Below are positions 37,639 through 47,800 of a DNA stretch of 50,745 bases, piece after piece. Made by a program: the position numbers and the translations under genes. This DNA is from Chthonomonadaceae bacterium (GTDB taxonomy: Bacteria > Armatimonadota > Chthonomonadetes > Chthonomonadales > Chthonomonadaceae). The stretch lies in assembly GCA_035650735.1 (NCBI GenBank), contig DASRGZ010000118.1:1-50745 (forward strand), given 5' to 3'. Below the pieces are notes generated by a model. The model saw only the letters and a program-made list of their open reading frames with translations, was not told where the DNA came from and searched no databases. Each line of letters begins with the position of its first letter. The stretch's first letter is position 1.

Positions 37639-38847
37639 TTATCGCAGCGTCCAGTATTCGGGAGGCGCCTCGGCCCATTCCGGCACGCTCAGCCCACCCG
37701 GATCGTAGACGACCTTGCCTGCCCGCAGGGTCAGGGCGCACTCCAGCTTGCGGCTGCCTGTCAGCCTGGCCCGTCCGCAATCTACAAAGCCAAAGCGTCC
37801 CTCCCGAAGCTGCAAAACCGCCACGTCGGCCTCGGCTCCTACAGTCAGTGTTCCCAGTTCTGGCCTGCCGATCTCGCGCGCCGGGGTGACAGTGGATCGG
37901 AAAACGACCTCTTGCAGCGGCATCCCCAGGTTGAGCAGCTTGGACATTGTGGTTAGCATGTCCACCACAGGCCCGTTGACGTTGCCGTTGTGGAGGTCCG
38001 TGCTGATGGAGTCCGGGGCGAAGCCGTGTTCCATCGCCGGCGCCGCCTGTCGGAACCAGAAACTGGCCGCGCCGTGGCCGACATCAAAGACGATGCCGCG
38101 CTCGCGCGCTTCCCACAGAAACGCTTGCGGCCTGTTCCGCTCGTCCAGGAGGGGAAACTGCTGGGCGTAAACGTGGGTGTGGATGTCGCCGGGCCGCATC
38201 TTTTTGAGCAGCAGATCTGGGTAGGTCCGCTCCGGGCGCGGCCAGAAGTCCACCATGACCGGCTTGCCGCAGATCTCCCCGGCGGCGACCGCCCGCTCCA
38301 CGGCAGCCCAGGGAGGGTGCTGTTCATCCCAGGGCTTATGAGTCCAGTAGTGGGCGGTCTTGATGCCCACGCAAACCTCCGGGTAAGCCAGCACAATGGA
38401 GGCGGCCAGTTCTGGGTCCATCTCGCTGATTTCCTGCTCAAACGGGCCCTGCATCCCGGATTTGACGATATTGATGAAGGCCAGCACGCGCGTCTTAGCC
38501 CGATCTATCACCGTCCGCTTGAAATGCAGGAAGTGCTTGGCTCCCGCCGTGCCGGTATATACGACGGTCGTCACCCCCGACCGGAAGGAATGATGGTCGG
38601 CCACAACGCTTAGCCCCTCCGGCTCGCGGGTATGGTAGGCGTGCATGTGAATATCAATCAGGCCGGGGGTCACATAATGGCCGGTCACGTTTGCCACGAC
38701 CGCCGCCGCGTGGGAAGGAAGATCGCGAGCCACCTGCGCGATCTTGCCGTCCAGGATGGCGACATCTGCCGGGCCGTGAATGTCATTGGCAGGGTCAACC
38801 ACCTGCCCGCCTTTGAGCAGCAGATCGTAACGGGGTTGAGTTTCCAT
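37639..38847 (-). CDS. Amidohydrolase / deacylase (dihydroorotase-like metallohydrolase)
   Basis: PGLIDIHMH, GIK, RPGDIHTH, FDVGHG, DSISTDLH, GAEADVA; AAGGAG RBS. Confidence 0.88.
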   Translation of the reverse strand: METQPRYDLLLKGGQVVDPANDIHGPADVAILDGKIAQVARDLPSHAAAVVANVTGHYVTPGLIDIHMHAYHTREPEGLSVVADHHSFRSGVTTVVYTGTAGAKHFLHFKRTVIDRAKTRVLAFINIVKSGMQGPFEQEISEMDPELAASIVLAYPEVCVGIKTAHYWTHKPWDEQHPPWAAVERAVAAGEICGKPVMVDFWPRPERTYPDLLLKKMRPGDIHTHVYAQQFPLLDERNRPQAFLWEARERGIVFDVGHGAASFWFRQAAPAMEHGFAPDSISTDLHNGNVNGPVVDMLTTMSKLLNLGMPLQEVVFRSTVTPAREIGRPELGTLTVGAEADVAVLQLREGRFGFVDCGRARLTGSRKLECALTLRAGKVVYDPGGLSVPEWAEAPPEYWTLR

Positions 38848-39193
38848 GCTTTGCTCCTTCGGCCAGAAATCGGCCCATGATTGCCTTACTCTGCGCTAAA
38901 GTTCGGGTAATCCCTCCCAACGGTGTGGACGTATCTCCTCAGCAGCAGGCTGCGTGAGATTGATCCACACGGCTGGGAGTGTCTACCAAAGTTCGATAGG
39001 GCCGCAGAAATACCTGCTGTGCCCGGCCCATGCAGGCGGCGAAATCGAGCAGGAATAACCGCGCTCAGGCGGTAATTGGCCTGCATCTAAGTCCCCATTG
39101 CAATCCCGCATAGTTCTTCGAGATGAGCACTCTACGCAATCACTCTGCGCGGGCGCTTGGGTGGGTGGCAGCAGATAGAGGAGGGAGAGCGCG

Positions 39194-39706
39194 ATGGCGT
39201 TTAACGTGAAGAAGCGCGGCAAGCTAACCTATTACTATTCCGGTGAACGTCCGGTTCTGTCGTGCCTGGTAACGGAAGAGTTGCCCGATGGCGACCTCAA
39301 GATCTACTTTGCCGGCCTAACGGGCGGGCACTCGGCTACAGGCGTCCTGGGGCTGGACACGGTGACGCGCATGGACCCGGAGCGCGAGATCCCTCTGGTC
39401 TTCGCTTCCTGGGAGAGGTGGCTGCAAGAGGCCGGCATCTGCCAATCCCTCCAGGAGATAGATTTCCTGGAGATGCACGCCTTTGGCTGCCAGCCCAAAT
39501 CCCCCAGCCCGATAACCGATCCGGTGGGCTACGCGGAGGAGATCAAGCGCTTGCGGGAAGCCTATGCGCGCGGATACAGCGCCTATTTTGCCGAGCATCT
39601 GCCCGATCACGGCCTTCCGGCGCGGTTCACCGTCCACGTCGTAGATGTTCCGGACCAGGCCGCCTCTTATGAGTTTTACAGCGTGGGCTTGCTGCAAAGG
39701 CGCTAG
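39194..39706 (+). CDS. Hypothetical protein, probable divergent Rid (YjgF/RidA-fold) member
   Basis: IYFAGLTG and LPARFTVHV..VP....YEF resemble Rid motifs; GAGGGAG RBS. Confidence 0.55.
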   Translation: MAFNVKKRGKLTYYYSGERPVLSCLVTEELPDGDLKIYFAGLTGGHSATGVLGLDTVTRMDPEREIPLVFASWERWLQEAGICQSLQEIDFLEMHAFGCQPKSPSPITDPVGYAEEIKRLREAYARGYSAYFAEHLPDHGLPARFTVHVVDVPDQAASYEFYSVGLLQRR

Positions 39707-39717
39707 CCTGACGCCCG

Positions 39718-39812
39718 ACCTAACCCCCCGTAAAGGGGGTGACCCGGCTTCTGCCTGCAAAGGTATCGCTAGGCGGTGGCCCGACCCTCTCGCGGCAGGG
39801 TTTAGCCTGCCG
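39718..39812. repeat. Degenerate family C + family B mosaic
   Basis: CCTAACCCCCCGTAAAGGGGG then GCGGCAGGGTTTAGCCTGCCG. Confidence 0.7.
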
Positions 39813-39868
39813 GAACAGGATCAGGCTTAGCCGCCCGTATAGAAAAAGGCTCCTGGAAAGGAATACAG

Positions 39869-42124
39869 ATGCACCGCACGCTTTTTGCTTTCGCTCTTCT
39901 GTGCCTGTTACTTCTCTCGGCGAGTAGCGGCTACGGCGCGACCGTGGCGACCGAAGACGGCCTGGTGCTTGCGTTCCGCGATTCCGATGCCGCCATAACC
40001 GAAGTGGGGGTGGATGGCAGGCCCGTGAAGCTCAACGGCTCGCCAGGCGGCTTCTACGTCGTAGATATGGTGGCCGAGAAGCGGCTGGGCCAGATGGACT
40101 ACCGGAGCGCCGCCTATCCCGGCACACGCCTGCAAGCGACGGCGCGGCCCTCGCCGACGGGCGTGGTCATCCAGGGAAAAGCCAACGACCTCTGGGTGCG
40201 GGCGCGCGTGGAGAGCCGGGGCGACTACTTGGCCGTGACGGGCGACCTGGTCAATCTGCGCCCGCAGGAGGATCGCGCGGTCATCCTCTATTTCCGCCTG
40301 CCGGTGGAGGGTAGCGGCGCGCGCTGGGGCCGGAACCTGGGCGTGGAGGAGCCCATCCAGCCCGGACAGCGCTACCTGAACGCAACGGAATTTCACCAGG
40401 CCTACCGGCCCGCGATGTCCCGCCTGCCTATTGCCACGCTCTCGGGCGCGGGGTGGGGCCTCTCCCTGGCGCAGCCGATGGACGTGCCCCGCTTCTTCCG
40501 CATCGCCTATCAGGAGCCTTACGGCTTGCAGATGGAGTATGAGTTCGGTCTCTCGGCCATCACCTGGAAGTTCCGCAACCGCGCGCCCTTCCGATTCCTC
40601 CTCTATCGCCACGATCCAGCCTGGGGCCTGCGGTCCGCCTTCGAGCGCTACTACCGGTTTTTCCCCGAGCTGTTCCGCAAGATCGTCCGCGATGGCATGT
40701 GGATTGACGATTGGGAAGGCAAGCGTGCCCAACTGGGCGATCCCACCGATTACGGCATCGTCTTCAACGAGACGGGCAACTGGGCCGATGAGGAGCAGCG
40801 GTCGCAGGATGTGCTTTCCATGATGTACATCGAGCCCTGGTGCGACCATATCGAGGGCACGCCCGACCAGATCCCGGCCATGGCCAAGGATACGCCGGAG
40901 AACCGGCAGGAGGCGCGCTTCGGGCGAGGGGCCGACCTGCGCACCAACGCCCTGCAACTGCTCAACTCGGCCGTCTACGGCCCGGATGGCAAGATCCTGG
41001 ACCCGCGCACGGCCGCCGTCGGGGGATTCTATGTGGAAGGCACGCCCGACAATCCCTACTACCGCTACCTCACCAATCCCGATCCCGAGCTGCCCACCCC
41101 CTTCGGCGGCTACAACCGGGCGCAGAAGATCATCCGCTACGACCTCTACACCTCCTGGGGACGGCAGACCGATCAGCCCCAGTACGAGAAGGACGGCATC
41201 TATTACGACTCCATCGGGGCCGCATGGGCCGGCAGCCACCTCCAGAACTTCCGGCGCGACCACATGCCCTACGTGGATTTCCCGCTCACCTTCGACCACA
41301 AGACCGGCAGGGTGACGATCACGCACGGCTTCTCGGCCATCGAGTTCCTGCGCTGGTGTACGACCCAGGCCCACAATGACGGCAGGCCCACGATGGGCAA
41401 CGCCAGCCCCGGCTATTTCCTGCCCTTCGTGGCTCCTTACCTCGATATGGGCGGCGCCAACGAGAACTACGAATACGAGGCCGACTTCGCCGGCCTCAAG
41501 GAAGAGCGCGCGCTGATGTACCAGAAGCCGCTCTCCTACCTCAACAACCGGGAGCTTGCCGATCCGGCCAGAGCCGAGGCCGTCCTGGATCGCCTGCTGC
41601 TCTACGCCTGCTATCCCGGCGCCGACAGCGTCCAGCAGATGGTGGCGCAGCGCGCGCTCTACCGCGCCTACATCCCCCTCTACAACGCGCTAGGCGCTGC
41701 CGGGTGGGAGCCGGTTCCCTATGCGCGCGTCTCGCCGCCCGATGCCTGGTGCGAGCGGTTCGGCAACGCCAAACGCGGCTACTTCTTCGCCCTCCGCAAT
41801 CCCGGCAAGGCCCGTGAGCTAACCCTGACATTGGACCGAAAAGCGCTGGGGATAGAGAGGGCTGCGTTCCAGGCCGTCGCCGGCTGCCAGATCCAGAGCG
41901 CTGGTGCCGACAGCGTGCGGCTGGCCGTGCCGGCGCAATGGACCGCGATCATCGCCGTGAACCGTCCCGATGCCGGTGCGCTGGCGGCTCTACATCGGCG
42001 TGAGCGGATACGATTTAGAGCCCTAACAAAACTTGGCCGTCAGGCTCTCCCCTCACCCCGGCCCTCTCCCTGCAAGGCAGAGGGAGAACGGGTTTTGTTT
42101 GGCACTCTTAAGCTGTCCCCATAA
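39869..42124 (+). CDS. Large secreted hypothetical protein, possible glycoside hydrolase
   Basis: Signal peptide, beta-rich N-domain, MYIEPW and DGIYYDS barrel-like motifs; C-terminal tail runs through a palindromic repeat. Confidence 0.65.
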   Translation: MHRTLFAFALLCLLLLSASSGYGATVATEDGLVLAFRDSDAAITEVGVDGRPVKLNGSPGGFYVVDMVAEKRLGQMDYRSAAYPGTRLQATARPSPTGVVIQGKANDLWVRARVESRGDYLAVTGDLVNLRPQEDRAVILYFRLPVEGSGARWGRNLGVEEPIQPGQRYLNATEFHQAYRPAMSRLPIATLSGAGWGLSLAQPMDVPRFFRIAYQEPYGLQMEYEFGLSAITWKFRNRAPFRFLLYRHDPAWGLRSAFERYYRFFPELFRKIVRDGMWIDDWEGKRAQLGDPTDYGIVFNETGNWADEEQRSQDVLSMMYIEPWCDHIEGTPDQIPAMAKDTPENRQEARFGRGADLRTNALQLLNSAVYGPDGKILDPRTAAVGGFYVEGTPDNPYYRYLTNPDPELPTPFGGYNRAQKIIRYDLYTSWGRQTDQPQYEKDGIYYDSIGAAWAGSHLQNFRRDHMPYVDFPLTFDHKTGRVTITHGFSAIEFLRWCTTQAHNDGRPTMGNASPGYFLPFVAPYLDMGGANENYEYEADFAGLKEERALMYQKPLSYLNNRELADPARAEAVLDRLLLYACYPGADSVQQMVAQRALYRAYIPLYNALGAAGWEPVPYARVSPPDAWCERFGNAKRGYFFALRNPGKARELTLTLDRKALGIERAAFQAVAGCQIQSAGADSVRLAVPAQWTAIIAVNRPDAGALAALHRRERIRFRALTKLGRQALPSPRPSPCKAEGERVLFGTLKLSP
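42050..42087. repeat. Family C unit inside the 3' end of the 751-aa CDS
   Basis: CCCTCACCCCGGCCCTCTCCCTGCAAGGCAGAGGGAGA. Confidence 0.8.
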
Positions 42125-42441
42125 ATTGGTCCAATTTTGTTGCGACCTTAATCCGAAGGGATTGGACATCCCCGGCCGTCAACGACCGGGGGTTATTCTT
42201 TGGCTCCAACAGGTAAGGAAGTCATAGCCTGGCTGCTCTACTCACTGTGGCACATTTCATAGTTAGCGTGTGCTGCCCTTAATAGCGCGCCATGCGACGG
42301 CAGTTTACAATAACGACAGCCTGTACGCAACACACTCCCGCGCCTCGCCAAGCTCTTACGGTTCTCAAAAGCCGGGCGCACATCTTCTGCGCAATGGACT
42401 CTTGCCGGTCTCGGCGTGAGCATCCAGGAAGGAGCCAAGAA

Positions 42442-44877
42442 ATGACCAATCCAGAGGGGCCCATCTATGTGGCCACCGCCTTTCCCGTCCGGATTGACGA
42501 CGGGAAAAACGTCTACAACCTTGTCTATTTCCCGGACAAGAACAACCAGCAGCTACAGCGTGAAGGCCAATCCCCCCACTACTACTATCTGCCCCACGAT
42601 ATTCGCATCGCCAAAGACATGAGCACGGGCGACTACAAGTTTCACCTGCTCCACTTTGAGGGCGTGCGCTCCGGGGATACCAATGTCGGGGTGACCGGCA
42701 CGCAGGAGATCGCGGGCGGACTGCTGACCCTCTCGGCGACCTGCGCTATTCCCGGCGAGGTGCTTCTGGCGGCCCACGACCAGTTCCTGGGCAACTGGCG
42801 CGGCAACGACGACGCCTTCTTCGGCTGGCGCAACGGAGTGCAGCCAAAGTTCGGTCCCGTTCCCATCCGGTCGAACATGGTCTCGATCTCCAACATCTCC
42901 CCAACGCAAAACCGCAGCGTGCCCACGATGGAGGACAGCGGCACCGCAGGTCGCGGTCCCGGAAGCCGCAACCGGCCGCCCGTGATCACCACCTCCACGC
43001 GCCCGCGCATCGCCCCCTCGCCGCGCTCCATTCCGGTGCAGATGGCCTTCCGCGATGGCGGGAACCTGGACCTATGGTACGCTAACCTGACCGGGCAGGG
43101 GCCGGGCGCGATTGATCTGCAGGCCGAAAACGCCCTGGCCGGGCTGCTGGGCAGCATGCCGACGCTGCTACTCTGGAGTTCTTTCCACGGCGCGGAGGGC
43201 GGCATCGTCATGTCCCAGGCGCTGCAAATACCCATGTGGACGCCCTCCGGCCACCTGAGCATTCACGGCCATTGGGACCGCATCTTCGAGCATTTCTCCG
43301 CTGCCGGCCACTATGGCGGTTTCTTCTGGTCGGCCGATATACAGGCGGAGTTCAACAACCTGGTCATCAACGGCGACATCCAGGTGGATCTCTCGATAGA
43401 CGATACGCTGCCCGGCTCAGACAAGATCCGCGAGATGCTGCAGAAGCAGAGCGACCTCGTCTACCAGTCGTTCCTCGATGAGGCCAAAAAGGTCATCTTC
43501 GACCCGGCCCCGCCCAACGTGCAGCCGGCGCAGGCCTCCGGCGGCTTCCTGGGGCTGGGGGGCGGCTTCGCCCTCAAGGCCCGCGTGGACAGCCAGAGCC
43601 TCGACCTCAAGTTCGAGGAGACCCTCAACACCCGTTACTTGCAGACAGACGTCATCAGCAGCCCGCTCACCGGCTTCTACGAGGAGATCAAGAAAGACCC
43701 GAACGCCGAGAAGAAGTACTTTACGACCGCCTATGTCGGCGACTGGGAGCGCAAGGTCGCGCGCTTTGTCAAGCCGGTCGTCAACTGGCCCGATCCCTCC
43801 AAGAAGTGGATCGGCGAACCGGTCGCTTTCCTCTCAGCCCAGATCGGCTACCCGAACACAGCCGGCGAGATCCAGTGGGTCGGCCACGTCTTCCAGAGCA
43901 CGGACGCCCCCGATACTACCTGGCCGCCCGCCATGGAGATGAAGGCCGCCGCCGACGTCGTCAACCCGCCCGCCGGGTGGACCCCGGATAAGACCTTTAT
44001 CAAGCGGCAGGTCCACTTCACCGAGCCGCCCGACGAGACGCTCTATCCGTTCTCCCGCGTCTTCATCGAGAAGAACATCGTAGACCTCGATCCGGGCGAT
44101 AACGGCACGCTCACCAACGACACCACCATCGAAGTCCGCGCCGACAGCGCCGGAAAGCTGGATGTCGGCCCCATTTCGCTTAACATAGACCTGGACAACG
44201 CCAAGCAGGAGGTGGAAGTCGCCTTCCAGTGCGAGGGGAAGACCGCCGACGGCCAGGACCGCCCGATCACCAAGTTCCTCTGGAAATATGAGGACCAGGG
44301 GGAAGACCGTTACTGGGCCATCTATACCGGGCAGCTGGACTTTGTGCCCCGGTATAAGTACCAGGTGCGCGTCATCGTCAAGGGCAGCCTGTTCACCAAA
44401 GGCATGGAGTGGACAGGCCCCTGGGTCGAAGCGGCGGGCAACGGGCCGCTGATCGTCACGGTGCCCCAGTCCGATGATCCGGGCGTGCAATCGCGCAGCC
44501 TGATCCCGGGAGCGGCTCCGATGGCAGCGACGCCGGCCCATCCGATGCCGCCGCCGCCCATAACCGGGGTTACCGCTCCGGCGTCCGGAGGAGCCGCCCG
44601 ACGGCCCACCGGCCCGCCGCCGACCACGCGCACGACGCCGCCCGCTACCGCCGTCACCTCCACCCGGCCGCCTAGCACGCGCCGTGGGATGCCTGCCGAG
44701 GCGAACGGCGAGAATGGCGCGGGCGATGAGGGCCTGGTGCTGGTCCCCTGGAGCGCCACGCCGCCAACCACCGCCGAGCGCAGCCAGCCGATGGTCGGCA
44801 CAAGGGCGGATCGCAGCATGGAGGAGAGCGGCGCCTACAAGGGGACCGATGTGAGCGGCTACCGCCTGAAAGGGTAG
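42442..44877 (+). CDS. Uncharacterised 811-aa protein (shared module, beta-sandwich-like region, Pro/Thr-rich tail), no signal peptide
   Basis: AGGAAGGAG RBS before ATG 42442; long ORF with GC3-rich codons; YYYLP...F.L....GGLLTLS motif. Confidence 0.85.
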   Translation: MTNPEGPIYVATAFPVRIDDGKNVYNLVYFPDKNNQQLQREGQSPHYYYLPHDIRIAKDMSTGDYKFHLLHFEGVRSGDTNVGVTGTQEIAGGLLTLSATCAIPGEVLLAAHDQFLGNWRGNDDAFFGWRNGVQPKFGPVPIRSNMVSISNISPTQNRSVPTMEDSGTAGRGPGSRNRPPVITTSTRPRIAPSPRSIPVQMAFRDGGNLDLWYANLTGQGPGAIDLQAENALAGLLGSMPTLLLWSSFHGAEGGIVMSQALQIPMWTPSGHLSIHGHWDRIFEHFSAAGHYGGFFWSADIQAEFNNLVINGDIQVDLSIDDTLPGSDKIREMLQKQSDLVYQSFLDEAKKVIFDPAPPNVQPAQASGGFLGLGGGFALKARVDSQSLDLKFEETLNTRYLQTDVISSPLTGFYEEIKKDPNAEKKYFTTAYVGDWERKVARFVKPVVNWPDPSKKWIGEPVAFLSAQIGYPNTAGEIQWVGHVFQSTDAPDTTWPPAMEMKAAADVVNPPAGWTPDKTFIKRQVHFTEPPDETLYPFSRVFIEKNIVDLDPGDNGTLTNDTTIEVRADSAGKLDVGPISLNIDLDNAKQEVEVAFQCEGKTADGQDRPITKFLWKYEDQGEDRYWAIYTGQLDFVPRYKYQVRVIVKGSLFTKGMEWTGPWVEAAGNGPLIVTVPQSDDPGVQSRSLIPGAAPMAATPAHPMPPPPITGVTAPASGGAARRPTGPPPTTRTTPPATAVTSTRPPSTRRGMPAEANGENGAGDEGLVLVPWSATPPTTAERSQPMVGTRADRSMEESGAYKGTDVSGYRLKG

Positions 44878-44890
44878 CTGGGAGTCTGCC

Positions 44891-47800
44891 ATGCGTTACC
44901 CGAATCCCGCCGGACCCTCCGGCCAACAAAGCTGGCAGACACGAGAGGTCGGGGTCGGAGACATCCGACCCCGAACCCTTCAGATGCTCCCGGATGCCGC
45001 CCACACGGGGCAGCCGGACGTCGGCCAGATCGTTTACTATCTTCCCGTTGCCCCGCAGCTGGGGCGCACGGAGAATGGGGAGCCGGCCTTCTCCCTGACG
45101 CTCATCCTCCGCCGCCAGCCCACGCCGGAAGAGGAAACCCTCGATGGGCTGATACAGCAAGGGCGGCTAACCCTGGGCCTGACCCTGGATGTGCCGTCGG
45201 AGGCCGTGGAGGCGCTGGGAACCTCCCCTGACATCGCCTACCGCCCGCTCTTTGCGCGGCAGGTACGTTTCGCGCTCGCAAAAGACGGCCAGGCGCTTGA
45301 GGGCGGCGAAGCCGTCGCCACCGGCGCGAACGCGCATGCCGGACTCAGCCTGGACCTGGATCGGGAGAACACGCTGGCCGTTCTGGACGCGCTGGAGCGC
45401 GTGCCGTCTGCGATCACTGTTTGCGCCGAGGTCGCCTACCGCACCGTGATGCAAGCCCAGAAACTTCACTGGAAGGGCAACTGGGCCGATATCTACGACT
45501 TCCTGAAGCCCTCCTTCGGCGCGGACAACACGATCCCGTATCCGGCGCTCCAGCAGCAGTTCCTCGATCTGTTCCAGGCAGACCTGCTTGCTGCCGGCTA
45601 TGTCTCCGCTTCCGGGCAGGAGACGCCGGTGGCCGAGACGGAGCGCGCCGGGCTGTTTAGCGCGTTTCTCCGGCTGGCCAACCGGCAGATTTTGCAGGCC
45701 AACACGCGCCTGCTGCTCGACGATCCCGGCCAGACCTACGCGCTCCTGGACCGGCCCAGCCCCTATTACGCGCTGGATGTTTCGCAGACGTCTGCCGGTT
45801 TGGCTGCCGGCGAGCAGACCCTTATGCTCACGGCGCCTCTGGAACAACTGATCGGCGGCTTGCTGGATGGACGGGACGCCAACGCCTATATCCATCCCGT
45901 CTGCCCGGACCCCGCCGGCAGCGGCGCGCTGGTTCCCGTGCCGCCGCGGGTCACGACGCCCTCCTCCAGCCGACAAAGCCGCGACGTGAGCGCCGCACCT
46001 ATGTGCCTGGCGGCGACGGGCGGCCCGGTCAAGTCCATGGCGCTGGCCATGCGGCCGGATACCTCCCAGCCGGTTCCCGCTAAGGCGCTGGCCGCGAGCG
46101 ACCTGGCGCGTCCCATTCTCACCGACGGCGGCAAACACCGGTGGATCTACGACGACCTGATCCTGGATCGCCCGGACATCCCGATTCTGTTGAGCCTGCC
46201 GGTGATTAACGACGCTCAGCCCTCCGTCGTCTGGCGCGACCGGGCCACGCCCTCGAAATACTGGTATGCGCCGGCCTTTGAGGTCGTTCAGCCCACGCCC
46301 AACCAGACGGCGGACGCCAGCCCGTTCCTGTTTACCTACAAGTCCTCGGGCGCGACCGCGGACGGACAGCCCGGCCTGGAGGCGACGATCCGGTTTACGC
46401 TGCGCCCGATCATGGCCCAGGAGGTCCAGGCCGCCCTGCAGGCGCTCGGCAACCCGGAGGCGCATCCGGTGCCCACCAATAACCTGGCCGTCGCGCTCTC
46501 GCTGCCCTATCTGGATCAGAACCACGCGACCCAGACGCAGCGGCTTGCCGCCACCGTGGAGCCGACGGGAGACACGCTGCTGGTCACGGTGTCGCTGTTA
46601 GATGCCACCGTGCGCATCTGTTACGGCGCGCTGGCCTATCCCAACTTCCAGAGCATTCCGGCCAAGCTGATCGTCACCTACGCCTTCAGGGCCTACGTTC
46701 CCATCCCGGATGACGATAGACTGCAACTGGTCTACGGCGGTAAGATCGCGGTGACGCCAGTAGTGCGCCCGGAAGTTATGGAAAAGCCCATCGCGAGTAG
46801 GGCCTATCTGGACGCATCGGAACTGGCCTACAAGATGCCCATCGGCGAGATGCGCTTTCAGCGCGAGGCCCCGCAAGCGGCGAGTTATGCGGCCGTGGTA
46901 CGGGACTATGCGCCGAACGCGGCGCTCGCGCCGTCGCCATCCGCGAGCATGGGGCGGGGTGGGGCCGTCGCGTTGATGGAGCGTGCGGCAGCAAGCGCGG
47001 TGGCGCTCGCTCCCGCTCCGGCAGCCACGGCGACCGCTGTTGTCACCACGCGGCCTGCCGCCGCCGCCATCGCTCCCGCCGCACAGGCTGTCGCCCTGAA
47101 ACCGGGGGTCGTCGTGCGGCCCGATATCGAGGTCGCCGGCATCCTCGACAAGCTGCGCCTGCAGGTCCACTTCGCGATCCAGACCCAGTTTCACCAGGAG
47201 GAGCCCGTCGCGCTCTTCCCCTGCGCGACGCTGGGCGCGTTCTACCTACGGGAGGCGGATGGGGAGAAGGCGCCCATCGGCTGCCAGGATACCTTCCAGC
47301 TTGGCCAGATGGTTTTGAAGCTCTATGAGGAGATTCCAGAGCTCAAGAACGAGAGCTTCTACCGCGTCTTTCGGTCGCTTCAGCAGCCGGGCCGCTTCCT
47401 AGTGCTGCCTAACGTCTACCGGATCACCCGCTACGCGGCCACGGAGGGCAGCCAGGCCTACCATCCCGTGATCGTCGTCCACTCTGCCCACGACGCGACG
47501 ACCGCCTCCAATAACCGCTATTTCTTCGAGGCGACGCTGGAGCCGGACCTGCCCCCCTATGTCCGCAGGGAACTCCAGAGCAGACTGAAAGCCTATGCCG
47601 CCTCCCCGGTCGTCGAGTACCCGACCGAGATTGAAAGCGATACGGCCTATGCCTGGGTTCTCGGCGTGACGGACACGCAGCATATCGAGCTCAAGGCGGG
47701 CAACGCCTTCTGGGTCAGTTTCGGCACCGACGCGGCCAATGCGCTGATCCTGGAGTCCCTGCTGAAAAACTCCGGCATCAGCGGGGTCGCCACCTTCACC

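Noticed and set aside
38914..38979. Integron attC site
   Set aside because: The right end reads GCT rather than the conserved GTT; no integrase or cassette array
42152..42196. Hairpin CCCCGGCCGTCAACGACCGGGGG as an IS200/IS605 end
   Set aside because: No tnpA/tnpB or matching other end; equally explained as a terminator or REP-like hairpin after the 751-aa gene
42292..42441. Longer N-terminus of the 861-aa ORF (similarly for starts at 3678, 5962, 11448, 18160, 22923, 35817)
   Set aside because: Better RBS-associated starts lie downstream; the extensions overlap promoters, repeats or neighbouring genes
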